From Felis catus (lineage: Eukaryota): a stretch of DNA of 64,000 nt. The notes beneath the pieces are model-generated. The model made no database searches. It saw only the letters and a program-made list of their open reading frames with translations, and had not been told where the DNA came from. The stretch lies in contig NC_058368.1 in NCBI RefSeq assembly GCF_018350175.1, forward strand, positions 206,214,001 to 206,278,000, read 5' to 3'. The position numbers and the translations under genes are program-made. Of this stretch, positions 1 through 13,697 are shown piece by piece; position 1 is the stretch's first letter, and every line of letters begins with the position of its first letter.

Positions 1-70
1 ACAAAACTGATTCTGACCTCAGCTGGACACAAAATTGAAAATAGAAGCTGAATTCAAATTCCAGGCTCTC

Positions 71-247
71 GAGCCAAAGCATAAGAGACTGTTAAAAACT
101 GAGAACAAACTGAGGGTTGATGGGGGGTGGGAGGGAAGTGAGGGTGGGTGATGGGTATTGAGGAGGGCACCTTTTGGGATGAGCACTGGGTGTTGTTTGG
201 AAACCAATTTGACAATAAATTTCATATATTAAAAAAAAAAAAAAAAA
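71..247 (+). mobile_element. Short 5'-truncated carnivore L1 3' end with poly(A) tail (in C7 intron 4)
   Basis: L1 3'UTR motif (gagaacaaactgagggttgatggggg...aataaatttcatat) plus A tail; 16-bp TSD CAAATTCCAGGCTCTC at 55-70 and 248-263. Confidence 0.9.
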
Positions 248-1054
248 CAAATTCCAGGCTCTCACCCATAACCAAGCAGTTTGTCTGAATCTTCCAGAAT
301 CAAACAGTGCCGACCACTGGGAAGACAGATTGACATTCTGCCCTTCAACTTTCAGTTTATTTTTTGCCATCACTGACCAAGATGTCAAAGCCCTGCTTCT
401 TTTGGTGATTTGATGTGTAAGCTTTTGAGAGCATAGAAACTGGATCAAAAGGTTAACACTCATCACGTCTTTAGCATATACTCTGTGCAAGACACTCTTC
501 CAGGTGTTAGGTACAAATATAAATAAAAATGGTATGCTGGGCTTTTCATATACTTTACAAACTAACAGAAAGGACTATGAAGACATAGATCATTATAATT
601 CAGCAACGTAATTGCTATGATAGACATACATCCCAGGAATCAAGGAAGCACTGGAGGGTATCAGATGATCTAACCCTTGCCTACCTCCCCAGCATCATCT
701 CCAGCCACTGTCCTACCAGCTTCTGATGCGACAGTCACACCTGCATGAATAAAAGGCCAGGCTTCTGTCATCTCCACTGACCTTGCACTTACGGTTCCCT
801 CAGACTAGAAGGGTTTCTCTACCTGTCACCAACCTGTCCTTCAAGAACCAAATTAAACATCATCTCCTCTTGGAGACCATCCCTCCTCCACAGGCTATAG
901 TGCATGTCCTTCCTCTGTGTCCTCATAGTGTGCATTGCATGCAACTGTCCTGACGGTATAGCATGCATCCCACTATGCTCTCACTCAATCCGATCCAATG
1001 TTGTGGACAGTCTACTATGTACCAAGTATTCCAGATGCAAAAATTAAAGCAACA

Positions 1055-1265
1055 GGGGCACCTGGGTGGCTCAGTCAGTTACGTGTCTGACTTCGGCTCA
1101 GGTCATATCTGGTGGTTTGTGAGTTTGAGCCCCGCGTCCGGCTCTGTGCTGACAGCTCGGACCCTGGAGCCTGCTTCAGATTCTGTGTTTCCCCCTCTCT
1201 CAGCCCCTCCCTGCTCACATTCTGTCTGTCTCTCTCTTTCTCAAAAATAAATAAACATTAAAAAA
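1055..1265 (+). mobile_element. Carnivore tRNA-derived SINE (SINEC)
   Basis: GGGGCACCTGGGTGGCTCAG head, (CT)n region, AATAAA/A tail; flanking repeat AAAATTAAAGCAA. Confidence 0.9.
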
Positions 1266-2136
1266 TTAAAGCAATATAATCCATATCCTCAAGGAGTTCA
1301 CTGTCTCCAAGAGAGATAACCAGGCCAGTAAATTCTCCAGATTACAGATAGTACAATGTATGGAGGGACACAGAGAAGTGATTTGTTAATTATCTGTATC
1401 AGTTGGGAAGTTAAGGAATGCTTCTGAAAAGAGGAGTCACCTGATCTGGGTTTTGAAAGTAAAATAGGAGTTTGACAGGTCTTGTTGAGGAGCACTTCTA
1501 ATACAGAGATTAATTATGAACTATTCTGTGCATAAACTTTAATATTTTTCAGGGAAGAGGCTAAGCATTTCATTTGTATATCCACAATCCTTACCACTGT
1601 ATCTGGAACATAGTAACAATAATGAATATTTGGTAAACGTTGTTGAATTAACCTCACTGCACAAATGATACATAAACACTAGGTCAAATAATACTCAATG
1701 CCAAAACTTGAAATTGTGTTTCAATCACCCTGTGTATATGAGTGACCTGTATTACTCCTTGATTAGCTAATTAGAGTTGCTTCTCTTGTAAACATAATGA
1801 TAATTTGGGCAGTAACATTGTTTTTGCCTAATCTCGGTGTACCGGACTCATTCTACATCTCCACCAACAATGCAATGTCAAGAACTGTTTGGGTCTGGCA
1901 ACAGCCATATTTCTTTTCAAAGAAGTGAGGAGTATCCTTACCTTTCTTAACAGATGCCTCCTCTTGCATTCTAAATAATGATAGCTGAGTATGTAATTAA
2001 TATGCCAATAAAAATCTTACTGATATTGGCCTGAAATTAATTTTAAGGCCGATACACATTCAGTAAAAGTCAACAAACACATACTGAGCAAGTTAACCAA
2101 ATAGCATTTGAAATTACACCCTGCCTACCAAGCCTA

Positions 2137-2289
<153 letters not shown>

Positions 2290-2746
2290 CTAAACACAGA
2301 ACAGGTAGTACTTTCTGATATCTCCTTTCCTTTATCTGAGAAACAAATCTGAGAGAAATTAATGCAATTGAAGAAACAGCGTTCAGGAAATTGTTCTGGT
2401 GTTCCACAGATGTAAAACCTCCCAAATCAATAAACCCACAGACCTACTTGTCCTGGAGTATGTGACAAGTGACACTTGGATTATTATTTGTGACATTCTC
2501 CCAGCTATGTATTTATTCTCAGGGTTGAGTATTAAAAAAATAATAGTAATAAAAACAGTGGCTCTTAAAAAAAGCAACTTGAAAGAGTTAGCTGGGTAGA
2601 CATATAAGCAAATAGGTTACGATATAGAACGTTTAATGTTTCTGCTCAAGCTGTGTGCCAACTAGAAAGGAGAAATGGATTTTGTCAGAGGGCGGGAAGG
2701 ATACTGGGAACAATGGGTAAGAAGTAAAGTTAGAAAAGCCTTTAGA

Positions 2747-2986
2747 GGGGTACCTGGGTTCAGGTGGGTTCAGGGGCCGACTCTTGATTTGGGCTCAGGT
2801 CATAATCTCAGAGTCGTGAGACTGAGCCCCATGTGGTGCTCTGCACTGAGCAAGGAGCCTGCTTGAGATTCTCTTTCTCTCTCCCTCTGCCCCTCCCTGG
2901 CTCATGTGTACCCAGGTGCACTCTCATTCTCTCTCTCAAAAAAATAAAAAATAAAAAATAACTCTTAAAAAAAAAGGAAAAAAAAA
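2747..2986 (+). mobile_element. SINEC
   Basis: tRNA-like head, CT-rich region, A tail. Confidence 0.85.
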
Positions 2987-3487
2987 CTTTAGAAAAATGG
3001 TGGCAATTGATTTGAGCTGAATGTTAAGCCTTCTTCAGGAAGGCAATGCAAAATAAATCTGGAGAGAAAGATGCTAATATGGAAGTCAAATTTACAGCAC
3101 AGAAACCTCGGTCATCCAAAGGTGAAGCTACCTCTGCAACGGAATTTTACTAGATAATAAAAATCACTGGCCTCTGAAGTGGGAAATATGTCAAAGGCAA
3201 ACATCTGGGAGAGAAAGTATCGGAAAATTGAGGAAATCAAGCCAACCGAGAAACACCTAAGTCATCCTAAAGTTCATTTTATCAATGTGAACACATATAT
3301 CTAACACTTAAACAAAAAGAAAGGTCCATAAAATCCTTTTCCTGCCCAACAGCAATCAAAGATGCATCACTTAAGCCTCTTCCTATACTCATCTTTTCCC
3401 CATTTAAAAAAAAAAAAAATAGAATCTGACATTCCAGAGAATTTAAACCTTGAGCAAAGATCAACAGGGAAGACTGGATCTACAAAC

Positions 3488-4316
3488 CGATGTGGGGTCA
3501 GAAGCGAATGGTCAAGAAAGAATTCTTGAGCAACTACATGGATGGAACTAGAGGGTATTGTACTAAGTGAAATTAGTCACTCGGAGAAAGACAAAAATCA
3601 TATGACTTCACTCATATGAGGACTTTAAGAGACAAAACAGATGAGCATAAGGGAAGGGAAACAAAAATAATATAAAAACAGGGAGGGGGACAAAACAGAA
3701 GAGACTCATAAATATGGAGAACAAACTGAGGGCTACGGGAGGGCTTGTGGGAGGGGGGATGGGCTAAATGGGTAAGGGGCACTAAGGTATCTACTTCTGA
3801 AATCATTGTCGCACTATATGCTAACTAATTTGGATGTAAATTTAAAAAAATAAAAAATAAAACAAAATTAAAAAGAAATTAAAAATTTAAAAAATTAAAA
3901 AGGAAAAAGAAAAAAGTAAAAAGTAAAAAAAAAAAGAAAGAAAGAAAGAATTCTTGAGACATTTTTGGTGCAAAAAGGTGCTTTTATTATAGCACGGGGA
4001 CAGGGCCCGTGGGGAGAAAGAGCTGCACTTTTACTGTGTGAAGATGCTGGTTATTATATTAAGTGCTCAAAGGGGAGGGGACGTGCAGGGAATATTAGAT
4101 CATAAATGTCTTTTTCAAATTTCTACTCTTAAAAGTAGTTTCACAGGATTTCTCCGATGCTTATCATTCAGCTTGATATTAACAAGTGAGATGAACAGTC
4201 ATGAGACTCTAAGAATGCAGCAACCAGCACATATTTGATACTTATCGGAACTACGCAGGCTATAGGTCAGCCTTCTGGGCTAAATGCGAACACATTTTTG
4301 CTTCTATCCCTCATCA
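3488..4316 (-). mobile_element. Solo ERV-type LTR interrupted by an L1 3' end
   Basis: Minus strand starts TGATGAGGGATAG, has a TATA-like tract (about 4051-4062) and AATAAA (3983-3988), ends CCCCACATC(G); CAAAC repeat at 3483-3487 and 4317-4321; subfamily not identified. Confidence 0.6.
3531..3941 (+). mobile_element. Carnivore L1 3' end nested in the LTR
   Basis: ORF2 end (tggatggaactagagggtatt), 3'UTR and A-rich tail; 17-bp TSD AAGAAAGAATTCTTGAG at 3514-3530 and 3942-3958. Confidence 0.9.
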
Positions 4317-4590
4317 CAAACCAACATTGAATCTCTTCACCCATCCTAAACTGGGTTAGAAGTGGGGACTCATTGGGACAAAGGGTCTCGGTAATGCAGT
4401 TTGATCTCTGAGCAGCTGTGTGTCAACCTGGGCCTGGTGCTGGCACCTTCCATTGTATCTGAGCAGAGGAGCCATGGAGGAATATGAGTGGGGAATAGAA
4501 CTCAGTGCAGTTCCTTCATAAGTTCCTAGTTTCTGTATTTGATTGATGAAGACGCCTCTCATAATGTGTCTTATTAAATTGTCCTTTTCT

Positions 4591-4812
4591 GGGGCGCCTG
4601 GGTGGCGCAGTCGGTTAAGCGTCCGACTTCAGCCAGGTCACGATCTCGCGGTCCGGGAGTTCAAGCCCCGCGACGGGCTCTGGGCTGATGGCTCAGAGCC
4701 TGGAGCCTGTTTCCGATTCTGTGTCTCCCTCTCTCTCTGCCCCTCCCCCGTTCATGCTCTGTCTCTCTCTGTCGCAAAAAAATAAATAAACGTTAAAAAA
4801 AAATTTTTTTTT
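4591..4812 (+). mobile_element. Young felid-type SINEC
   Basis: CpG-rich head GGGGCGCCTGGGTGGCGCAGTCGGTTAAGCGTCCGACTTCAGCCAGG; TSD AATTGTCCTTTTCT at 4577-4590 and 4813-4826. Confidence 0.95.
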
Positions 4813-5326
4813 AATTGTCCTTTTCTGAAGTTCTAAAGCACAGATTGTGTTGTTCATCTAAGTAATGCTTCCCTCTCTCCACATACAAGGATGACCTCGA
4901 CAGCTGCCCACTGTGAGCAGCCATATTCTCACCTGACAACTTCTGATCTTATGACCCCGTTTCCATTTTCACTTGTCTCTCTGGATGAAAATGTTGTCGT
5001 TACCATCTAGGGATGTAATCATTGCATGATGACCTTCATGCAAAGAAAAAAATTACTAATATGAAAAATACCTCTCATCCCTTTCTATTTAGTGTTCTTT
5101 CTTAGCTTGTTTTTAAATTATAAAAATGTTTTCTGTGGTCAGTATTTGATTTTTGCCTTGTTATTCATGGACCCATTTGCCTGTCTGTATTCAGAGTAGT
5201 CATCTATTTGCCCAAAGCCAAATTCCACATTCAAGTAACTGGTTTTGTAAATACCACTCATGTAGGTACTAAATGTTTGATGAAAATGATGATTATGATG
5301 ATGCTTCAAAACAGAAATTATTATCA

Positions 5327-6897
5327 GGGCACCTGGGTGGCTCAGTCGGTTAAGCATCCAACTTCAGCTCAGGTCATGATCTCACAATTTGTGGGTTCGA
5401 CCCCCTCCTCAGGCTCTGTGCTGACAGCTCGGAGCCTTCCCCTCCCCTGCTTGTGCTCTGTCTCTCTCTCTCTCTCAAAAATAAACATCTAAAAAAATTG
5501 TTTTGATAAAATAAAAAAATAAAACAGAAATTATCTCCTGTAATACAGTTCTGTTATTTTAAGAATTAAAAAGTGATTTTTAAATACACATTTTTATTCA
5601 AGCTGAACCACCTTTAAAATATTTTGCAACTATAGAATCATGCTATAGACCTGAAACTAATATAAATGTTATGTGTTAAGTATATCTCAATAAAAACACT
5701 TATTCATTCAAATATTTAGAATCTTTAACATGAACATTATATTTGTGGAAGTTGTCCTAAGAAAATTATCAGAAAAGAGGACAGATTTCTATGTACAAAA
5801 ATATTCACTCAAGTTTCACTCAAACAAAAATGTAGATAATCTAAATCTCAAACAATATGAAAGTGGATATATAAGATGGGTATATTCATATAACAGCAAA
5901 TAATACAGCTGTTAAAATTCACGCTGAGAGTATCATGGTAAAATAGTAGAATATAGGGGTACCTGGCTGGCTTAGTCTATGGAGCATATGACTCTTGATC
6001 TCGGGGTCATGAGTTTGAGCCCCATGTGTGGCATGGAGTTTACCTTAAAAGCAATTTTTTTAATAAACAAATAAAGGGGTGTCTACATGTTCAGTCGGTT
6101 GAGCATCCTACTCCTGATTTCGGCTCAGGTCATGATCCCAGGCTCGTAGGATTGAGCCCCACATTGGGCTCGGTACTGAGCATGGAACCTGCATAAGATT
6201 CTCTCTCTCCCTCTATCTCTACCCAGCTTGTGCTCTCTCTCTCTAAAAGTTTTAATAAACAAACAAAAATTTTTAAATAGTAGAATATAAAACTTTAATC
6301 AAACAATTGTATTTTTAAAAATTATAGGGGCGCCTGGTTGGCGCAGTCGGTTAAGCGTCCGACTTCAGCCAGGTCACGATCTCGCAGTCCGTGAGTTCGA
6401 GCCCGGCGTCAGGCTCTGGGCTGATGGCTCGGAGCCTGGAGCCTGTTTCCACTTCTGTGTCTCCCTCTCTCTCTGCCCCTCCCCCGTTCATGCTCTGTCT
6501 CTCTCTGTCCCAAAAATAAATAAAAAACATTGAAAAAAAAATTAAAAAAAAAAATTATAAACAGGGGCGCCTGGGTGGCTTGGTTGGTTAAGCGTCCGCC
6601 TTCGGCTCAGGTCACGATCTCACGTTCCGTAAGTTCGAGCCCCGCGTCGGGCTCTGTGCTGACCGCTCAGAGCCTGGAGCCTGTTTCAGATTCTGTGTCT
6701 CCCTCTCTCTCTGCCCCTCCCCTGTTCATTCTCTGTCTCTCTCTGTCTCAAAAATAAATAAATGTTAAAAAAAAAATTAAAAAAAAAATTATAAACATAG
6801 AGAAAGAAGATAAATTGAAAGAATAAATACCAAAATGATGGTATATTGGTTTCTTTTAAAAATTTTTTCTTAATGTCTATTCATTTTTGAGAGAGAG

Positions 6898-6935
<38 letters not shown>

Positions 6936-7545
6936 AAGTGGGGGAGGAGCAGAGAGAGACACACACATAGAATGTGAAGCAGGCTGCAGGTTCCAACCTG
7001 TCAGCACAGACATGTACCCATTGCAGGGCCCAAACTCATGAACTGTGAGATCATGACCTGAGCTGAAGTCGGACACTTAACCAACTGAGCCACACAGGCA
7101 CCTCTAAAATCTCATGCTTTTTTTATTTTTTAAGTGGGCTTCATACCCAGTGTGGAGCCCAACGCAGGACTTGAACTCAGGACCCTGAGATCATAACCTG
7201 AGCTGAGATTAGGAGTCAGGCGCTTAACCAACTGAGCCATCCAGACACCCCTGGTTTCTTGTAATTGGTAAAATTGTAAATAGTGTTTTCTTTATTTAGA
7301 CCTTCCTGTTTCCTCCAATGAATAACTTATAAGGAAAAAAAAAAACACTTTTAGAAGTACTTTATAATCTCCAGATCAAGTCCAGTATTTTATTTGTATT
7401 ACTCAGAAATTAAAGTTTAAAAAGTTTAAAAATACAGGGACACCTGCCTGGCTCAGTCAGTAGAACAGGTGATTCTTAATCTTGGGGTTGTAGGTTCGAG
7501 CTCCACCTTGGGTGTAGAGATTACTTAAATATAAAATCTTTTTTA
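5327..7545. mobile_element. Cluster of eight SINEC copies in C7 intron 3 (+ at about 5327, 5957, 6076, 6327, 6563, 7437; - at about 6860-7103 and 7118-7251)
   Basis: Repeated SINE heads (GGGG(C/T)(G/A)CCTGG...TCAG), CT tracts and A/T tails in both orientations. Confidence 0.9.
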
Positions 7546-7991
7546 AAAAGGTGTAAATGTTTCATTTTTCATGATCATTCAGTTCATTAGGTAAAACAAA
7601 GTTTTGCTACTCGTTAGCGTTCCTTTCAAATAAGAAGAAAAGTTGAACCCAGTAAATATGAAACAGATTTTGAATTACCTACTATCTTCATTTCATGCTA
7701 CTCTATTCCTCTAATTAAAGAGTTCTCTAGTTAAAGAGTTAGTGAATTGCTATACCCTGTGTATATTTCTAGGCTCAAATGTAAGATTTAGAAAAGTCCT
7801 GCAAGAAAAATAGGAAACACAAAAATTACTTTATTACATTATTAATCACTAGAGTCATACTTTTCTCCCTTTAAAACTACCAATTATATTTTCAACATAA
7901 AAAATAACATTCAAAAGCTAATGTCATTTTGTCCATATGTAAGCTATTTCTGCATAGGAGACAATAAATACAAAGTTTTGTATGGTCCTAC

Positions 7992-8067
7992 CTGAGTCTT
8001 GGTACAACCACTGCATTCTGACCACAGGGCATAGGAATCCCACTGGCAATTGACTGGAGAGGAAGCA
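7992..8067 (-). CDS. C7: Complement C7 coding exon 3 (mature N-terminus, start of TSP1)
   Basis: 76-nt exon, CAG acceptor and GTAGG donor; translates (S)[25 protein letters not shown]. Confidence 0.96.
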
Positions 8068-9514
8068 CTGCCAAATTATGATAAATCAGGTAGAAAGATA
8101 ATGGGGGGGAGGGGGCACAAAGAATAGTCAAAAATATTTCAAAAAAAATAATTGCTTTACAATTTTTTGAGACATCAAAAGTATCCCAAGATCTATAAAA
8201 ATACATGTGGAAGGAACCAACTTTTCTCAAGATTAACGCTTATCAAGCATCTATAATGTACCAGGCACTATTTAGATACTAAAGTTGCAGACACAATAAC
8301 AGAGAGATCACTGACCATTGATAGAGGAGAGGACAAAGACACATATGTAAACAAATAATTATAATATAATAATACAAACATGATCCATAATGCAATGTAC
8401 CTACTTTGATCAATTTCATAACAAAAATGTATACAGTATAATGTGTTATGGAAATATAGATAAAGGAGTGTTCACAGTTGGAAGGGTAAGTGAGAACTTG
8501 TGGGAGGAAGGTATACGGTCTTTGAAAGGATTCTAAATAATGAACTGAAGAGTTATAACAGAAACTCTTAAGTGGAAGACAAAAGGCTCTAAAAAGACCC
8601 TATCAGAAGAGAAAAACTAAGAACTGGCAAAGATGAAATGGACAGAAATTGATTTTTAAATATTCCCCCTGTGCATTTAGGCTACTCCTCAAGAACACAT
8701 CCAAGTAGCGTCCATTTGAGCTTAAACAATTCCGCTCCACTAAAATACATGAAGAATGGAGAATCTGTTGTGTGATGCTTAACTCCAGCTTTGTAGAGAG
8801 CATATCATGACTTCATCCTCAGCGATTAAGGAAGTCTCACTTAAAGCATATTTTACAAGGGGTAAAGGAAATCAGAATCCTGATTTCTGGATTTTGAGCA
8901 GATTCCTAGCCTTGGGACACCTTCAGTCAAGGTGATTTGTGCTTATCTTAAGCCTGTGAGGTGATCCTGAAAGTAAGAAGTTTGATCTGAAGTGCATGTG
9001 CCTCTCATGCTTTTTTTCAAGCCAAACTTGCTAACTTGTAGTCTTGACATGGCGCCAATGATCCAAATGCCTCACTGTTTTTGACCCTTAAACAATAGGA
9101 ACTTGCTATTGTTCTATGTTGTGCTCCAGGGACAGGCAGAGACCTTCCCCAAACACTGAGGCTTAGGAAGGGAAGCCAGCTTGGTCTCATCTCTCTGTGC
9201 TCCCACAGTATCCCATGCAGGCCTGTCCCAGAGGCCTAGCACATTTATATTGACATCAACCGTTTCAAGATCTGTATCACCCAGTGGACTCTCAGACACT
9301 TGGCCCCCTTTGTGTCCCCAGTCACTAGCACAGCCCCTGACAACATATTCTGTAGTTTGAAAACGTGAACTGACCTGGTCCTATCCCATCAAACTGACAG
9401 TGAAAGCAAGAGAAAGCCATGAGTAAATGATGGTGGCTTTTTTCCAGGTCTCAAGAGTCAGCACACCCATTTTCTTAAAAAAAAAAAACCTCTCAACCAG
9501 ACGGAAGTTACCCT

Positions 9515-9622
9515 TGTGGGGAATAGAGCATAATGTATAGACTTGTCAAATTACTATGTTGTACACCTGAAATTAACATAACATTGTGTATCAACTGTAT
9601 TTCAATTAAGAAAAAAAAAAAA
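9515..9622 (+). mobile_element. Short old L1 (L1MA-like) 3' terminal fragment
   Basis: ctatgttgtacacctgaaattaacataacattgtgtatcaactgtatttcaatt followed by an A tail. Confidence 0.7.
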
Positions 9623-10009
9623 CTTTCAACCTTTAAAATCCAAAGAATGTTTTACAATGACTACATTTAAAGATCACATTCTACTCCAAGATGTGTTAAT
9701 TCTAAGGTCGGTGCAATTCTCTGAATTGCAGGTACAATCATGGTACTGGAACAAGAAGAAAACTTTGAGGTAGTTTTAGTCTTCAAGTTTCTTCCTTATG
9801 GGAAATAAAATAAAGTAAAAGAAGAATGAGAATAAAACAAGCTTTTGCTATCATTGCCTTTTCTCAAAACGCAGAAAGATAAGTGTTGAAGGGAAAAAGA
9901 TGTTCAGGCTGCAATGTTAAAATCAGGCCATATGATAAAGAACTTCCTAAAACTAAAAAAAATAATAATGATTTTTAATGATCTCCAATACAATCCAAAA
10001 CATTCTCAC

Positions 10010-10065
10010 CTTGAAAAAATTTGGAACTCTCCTGCAAATCCCACCAAGATGAAAAAACTTATTGC
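10010..10065 (-). CDS. C7: Complement C7 coding exon 2 (signal peptide)
   Basis: 56-nt exon, CAG acceptor and GTGAGA donor; translates AISFFILVGFAGEFQIFS(S), a hydrophobic signal peptide like recalled human VISLFILVGFIGEFQSFSS. Confidence 0.95.
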
Positions 10066-12663
10066 CTGGGGGGAGAATAAAGCATTGCTTTAGTTTATAT
10101 TTCTTTAATGAGTTGAAAGTGAATACATTTGTGCAAGTCAAGATTTGTGAGTTGTGAATATAAAGAAGGAAAGAAGCATGGAGAAGGCTCCATGACTCTG
10201 TTTGTCCTTTAAGTTTCCATTTTAAATAAAAGTTTAATACAATTCTGTTGAGCTCACCTCTTACTATTCATTTCTGTAAAGAAGGCTAGGGACTGGGGAA
10301 TGTCATAGCCAAGCAAATTGAAAATGTAGCTCATTAGAGCATTTCTTTAAGGACCCATCATCTTTTCATTCCTTTCTCTACCCTCCTTCACTCTAACTTC
10401 AACACATATGAAGACACCCAAAGAGGATGAAGCCTGGAAGAAAGACCAGCCAAGAGTGAGAAGTTAGAAGGGAAGTAAGTTTCATAAATGAAGAGTCAAC
10501 CAAAAGTTGAGGCACATCCCCAGCCAGAGGGCCCATGATCCTCACCCTGCCCCTTGGTTCTATGGGCAGCTCCTCTGGTTTTTAAAACACCTGTGAGGCC
10601 TGTTGCAATCATCTGTCCATGACAGCACCAGCCTAAATATTGAAGGTCACAAAATTGTATATAAAATGGCATTACATTTTGTTTGAAAAGTCAAACATGT
10701 ATTAAAAACAAATCTAGAAAGAAATATAATAAAGGATAATAGTTCATTTCTGGCAATGAAATTATAGGTAATTTCTATTAACTTTTTTTTACTTTTATGT
10801 ATTTCCCTACTTTGACAACTGAGGGTGTCCGGGAATATTATTCAAATCTTTCCTGGAGATTCTCCAAGGATATCAATTGTATTCAATATATAACCCAGTG
10901 TAAAAGTCCTTAAAACCATCTTACTCCATATTTTAACAGGCCAATATTCTTTCTCTTCTCCCTGACCTCCTCAAACCTTTTCTTTCAATGTATTTGTGGA
11001 GTGGCCTCCCAACATTTTTTCCAGATCCTTCTCCCTGCCTTCCTGGATCACCTGCCATCTTATTAGGTATCTTCCTTTCAGTTGTAAAGTCCTAGTTGCC
11101 CACTTCTGTCTTTTATTGTTCTCAGAAGCTTTTAGCCTATTATTCTGATTAGCATAACCAAACAGCTATGGGCATGCTGGAAATGAGTGGGGGGAGGTAT
11201 GAATACTTATGTGATTTTTTTAATGAGCAGGTAAAGCACATAACATAAAGCAACACCTTCTACAGGTTTTGTTTTTAATTAAAAAGTACAAGGATTAAAA
11301 ACAATTTAAAAAAAACCTACAAGGGTTTGGGTTAATTTTTCTGTTTTTCAACAATATATCTTTACTCCATGCTGTCAACTTCTTTTTCCGTCCCTGGGAA
11401 AGCCTATCTCCATAGCTTTATTGGTCACTCATAGGCACTAACAGATAGTCACATTTTTGGAAAACAAAGATTCTGAAACACTCTAACAGTCAAATTTCAA
11501 TTCAATATCCAATTTTAAGTGTCTCTCCTACTCCTGGGTTCTGGATGCTCATAATGGGAGTGGGGTGGAGTCTGATTCCAAATTCCTCCTCCTTGTTCTG
11601 CTTTTCTTCCCCACATCCCCAGACTGCCTCTGTCTTCTTCAAAGTCACAGCAACAGGAGAGGGACAAGAGCCAAAAAGGGTCTTGTGTGACTAATCCAGC
11701 TGGAGTCCATAATGGTGACCCAGGATGTGGTGGATATTTGAATGCCAAGTCTTTATCTCCCACTGTGTTTTTGTGGTTCTTTGGATGGCCCCCATTGGTG
11801 ATCTACAACCACTATGCTCTTGGCAAAAATGATTCATCTCTTTGTTTATCACACTTGACTCTCCCCAGTGCTTGCCTCCTGGGACTCCTTTTCCATATGG
11901 ATGCTGCCTGTTGGAGTTGCTTCATCCTGCAGGCAGTTTCTCAGGCAATAGCCCTGACAACCCAAGTCTGGCTCCTTTCTAAAGGTCCAGATTGTGTCCA
12001 TACGATACCTGCACACATCCTTACCCTGTCAGACTCTGGATGTCCAGAATGTAACCAATAATGCTGTGTTGATTAACTCTGTTAATGGCAGGCTAGGAAA
12101 CCAGCCTGTGCCTTTAGATTTTCCCAGACATGACTAGAGTATGATTCCCTACATCCCCTATACTCTAAGGGGCACGATCCTGTATATTCTGGAGGATGGG
12201 GATAGCCAAAGGTCACTGGACACTATCCTTTTGTAAAACTGCTTTGAATGTCCAGTATCTCACTTTAAAATGTGGGGATACTGAGCACTTATTCTTCTTG
12301 GCCTTTGACTCTCAGCCAAAGCAGTCATCATGAAAAAATTCATTCTTAACATTCTATTATTACACGTGTTTTAAAAGAATTTCAATCAAGCTTTAGGGAA
12401 TATACATTTTTTTTCAGCAGTGCCTTTGCCAACACCTTCCCCATATACATACTCCTTATTGTAACTTCTGAAGATCTGCCTAATTACAAGGCAGTTCTGT
12501 TCATGAGTTACACAAGCTGAATCTATTAACCAAAAGAATTTCTTGAATTTGCTAGCTAAGTCCCTGAAAACAAGTCATCAAGTTATCATTTCCCACCTTC
12601 AGAAAGAGTATCTTAACAAATGGACAAGATAGAACAATCATAAATTAATAATAAATGATACTT

Positions 12664-13100
12664 GGGGCACCTGGGTGACTCAGTTGGTTAAGCAACTGAC
12701 TTCGGCTCAAGTCACGACCTCACAGTTCATGGGTTCGAGCCCCGTGTTGGGCTCTGTGCTGACAGCTCAGAGCCTGGAGCTGCTTCAAATTCTGTCTCCC
12801 TCTCTCTCTGCTCCTCCACTGTTTGTGCTCTTTCTCAAAAATAAATAAACATTTTAAAAACTTTTTAAAAATGATACAAAAATTGGGGCCCCTGCGTGAC
12901 TCAGTGGGTTGAGTGGCCAACTTCGGCTCGGGTCATGGTCTCATGGTTCATGAGTTCAAGCCCCACATGGGCTCGCTGCTGTCAGGGCAGTGCCTGTTTA
13001 GGTCCTCTGTCCCTGTCTCTCTCTGCCCCTCCTCTGCTTGTGTGCTCTCTCTCTCTGTCTCTGTCTCTCAAAAATAAATAAAACATTTAAAAAATAAATA
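12664..13100 (+). mobile_element. Two tandem SINEC copies (about 12664-12860 and 12885-13100)
   Basis: SINE heads and A tails. Confidence 0.88.
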
Positions 13101-13691
13101 AGTTGGAGTTGAAGTTGCTGTCTTTGGTCCTGTATTTAGTTGAATAGTAATTTTTCTAACATTTGGCTACATTGCACTGGGCCAACATGTACATTTGGTA
13201 AGCCTTTCATTGCATTCCTCTCTCTGTGTCTTCCACTCTCACATTCCTGACCCTTTGGTCCAGGATTCCAAATTCTAAAGTTCCAAGTTTCCGAACTCAC
13301 TTTTCTATAAAGCTTTTAGATAAGTCAGATCATGGGGACTCATTGCATAGCTGCAAATCAAACAAACAAACAAAATACACGACAGGTATTTTTCCCTAAA
13401 AATAACAATGGCACTATTGTTTTCCTTGATGGCTTTCTCAGGACTTTCATAAACATAGTCTCCACTCTCATTTCCATACCTTCGAACCACTAATTTTACT
13501 GCAAAACAAGAAAAAGGAATTCACTTTGTCTGAATTGTTAAATATATTTAAATAAGGATTTTTTTAAGTTATCCCCATATCTTTCTCTTTCCTATTTCCC
13601 CATGTCTTCTCCTTATTTGAGCCATTTCAGTTAAGCCTCACTCCCTTTTGAGATCGCTTCACTTACAAAAGTAATGAAATTATTATCTTAC

Positions 13692-13697
13692 CTTCAT
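13692..13697 (-). CDS. C7: Complement C7 exon 1 coding part (ATG AAG = MK)
   Basis: Minus strand reads TGTTTTCCCAAAC ATG AAG|GTAAGA; joins exon 2 in frame to give MKAISFFILVGF...; upstream sequence resembles the recalled human C7 5'UTR. Confidence 0.93.

Noticed and set aside
11687..12061. 124-aa ORF in C7 intron 1
   Set aside because: Non-ATG start and no recognisable domain; the region may be an ancient repeat I cannot identify
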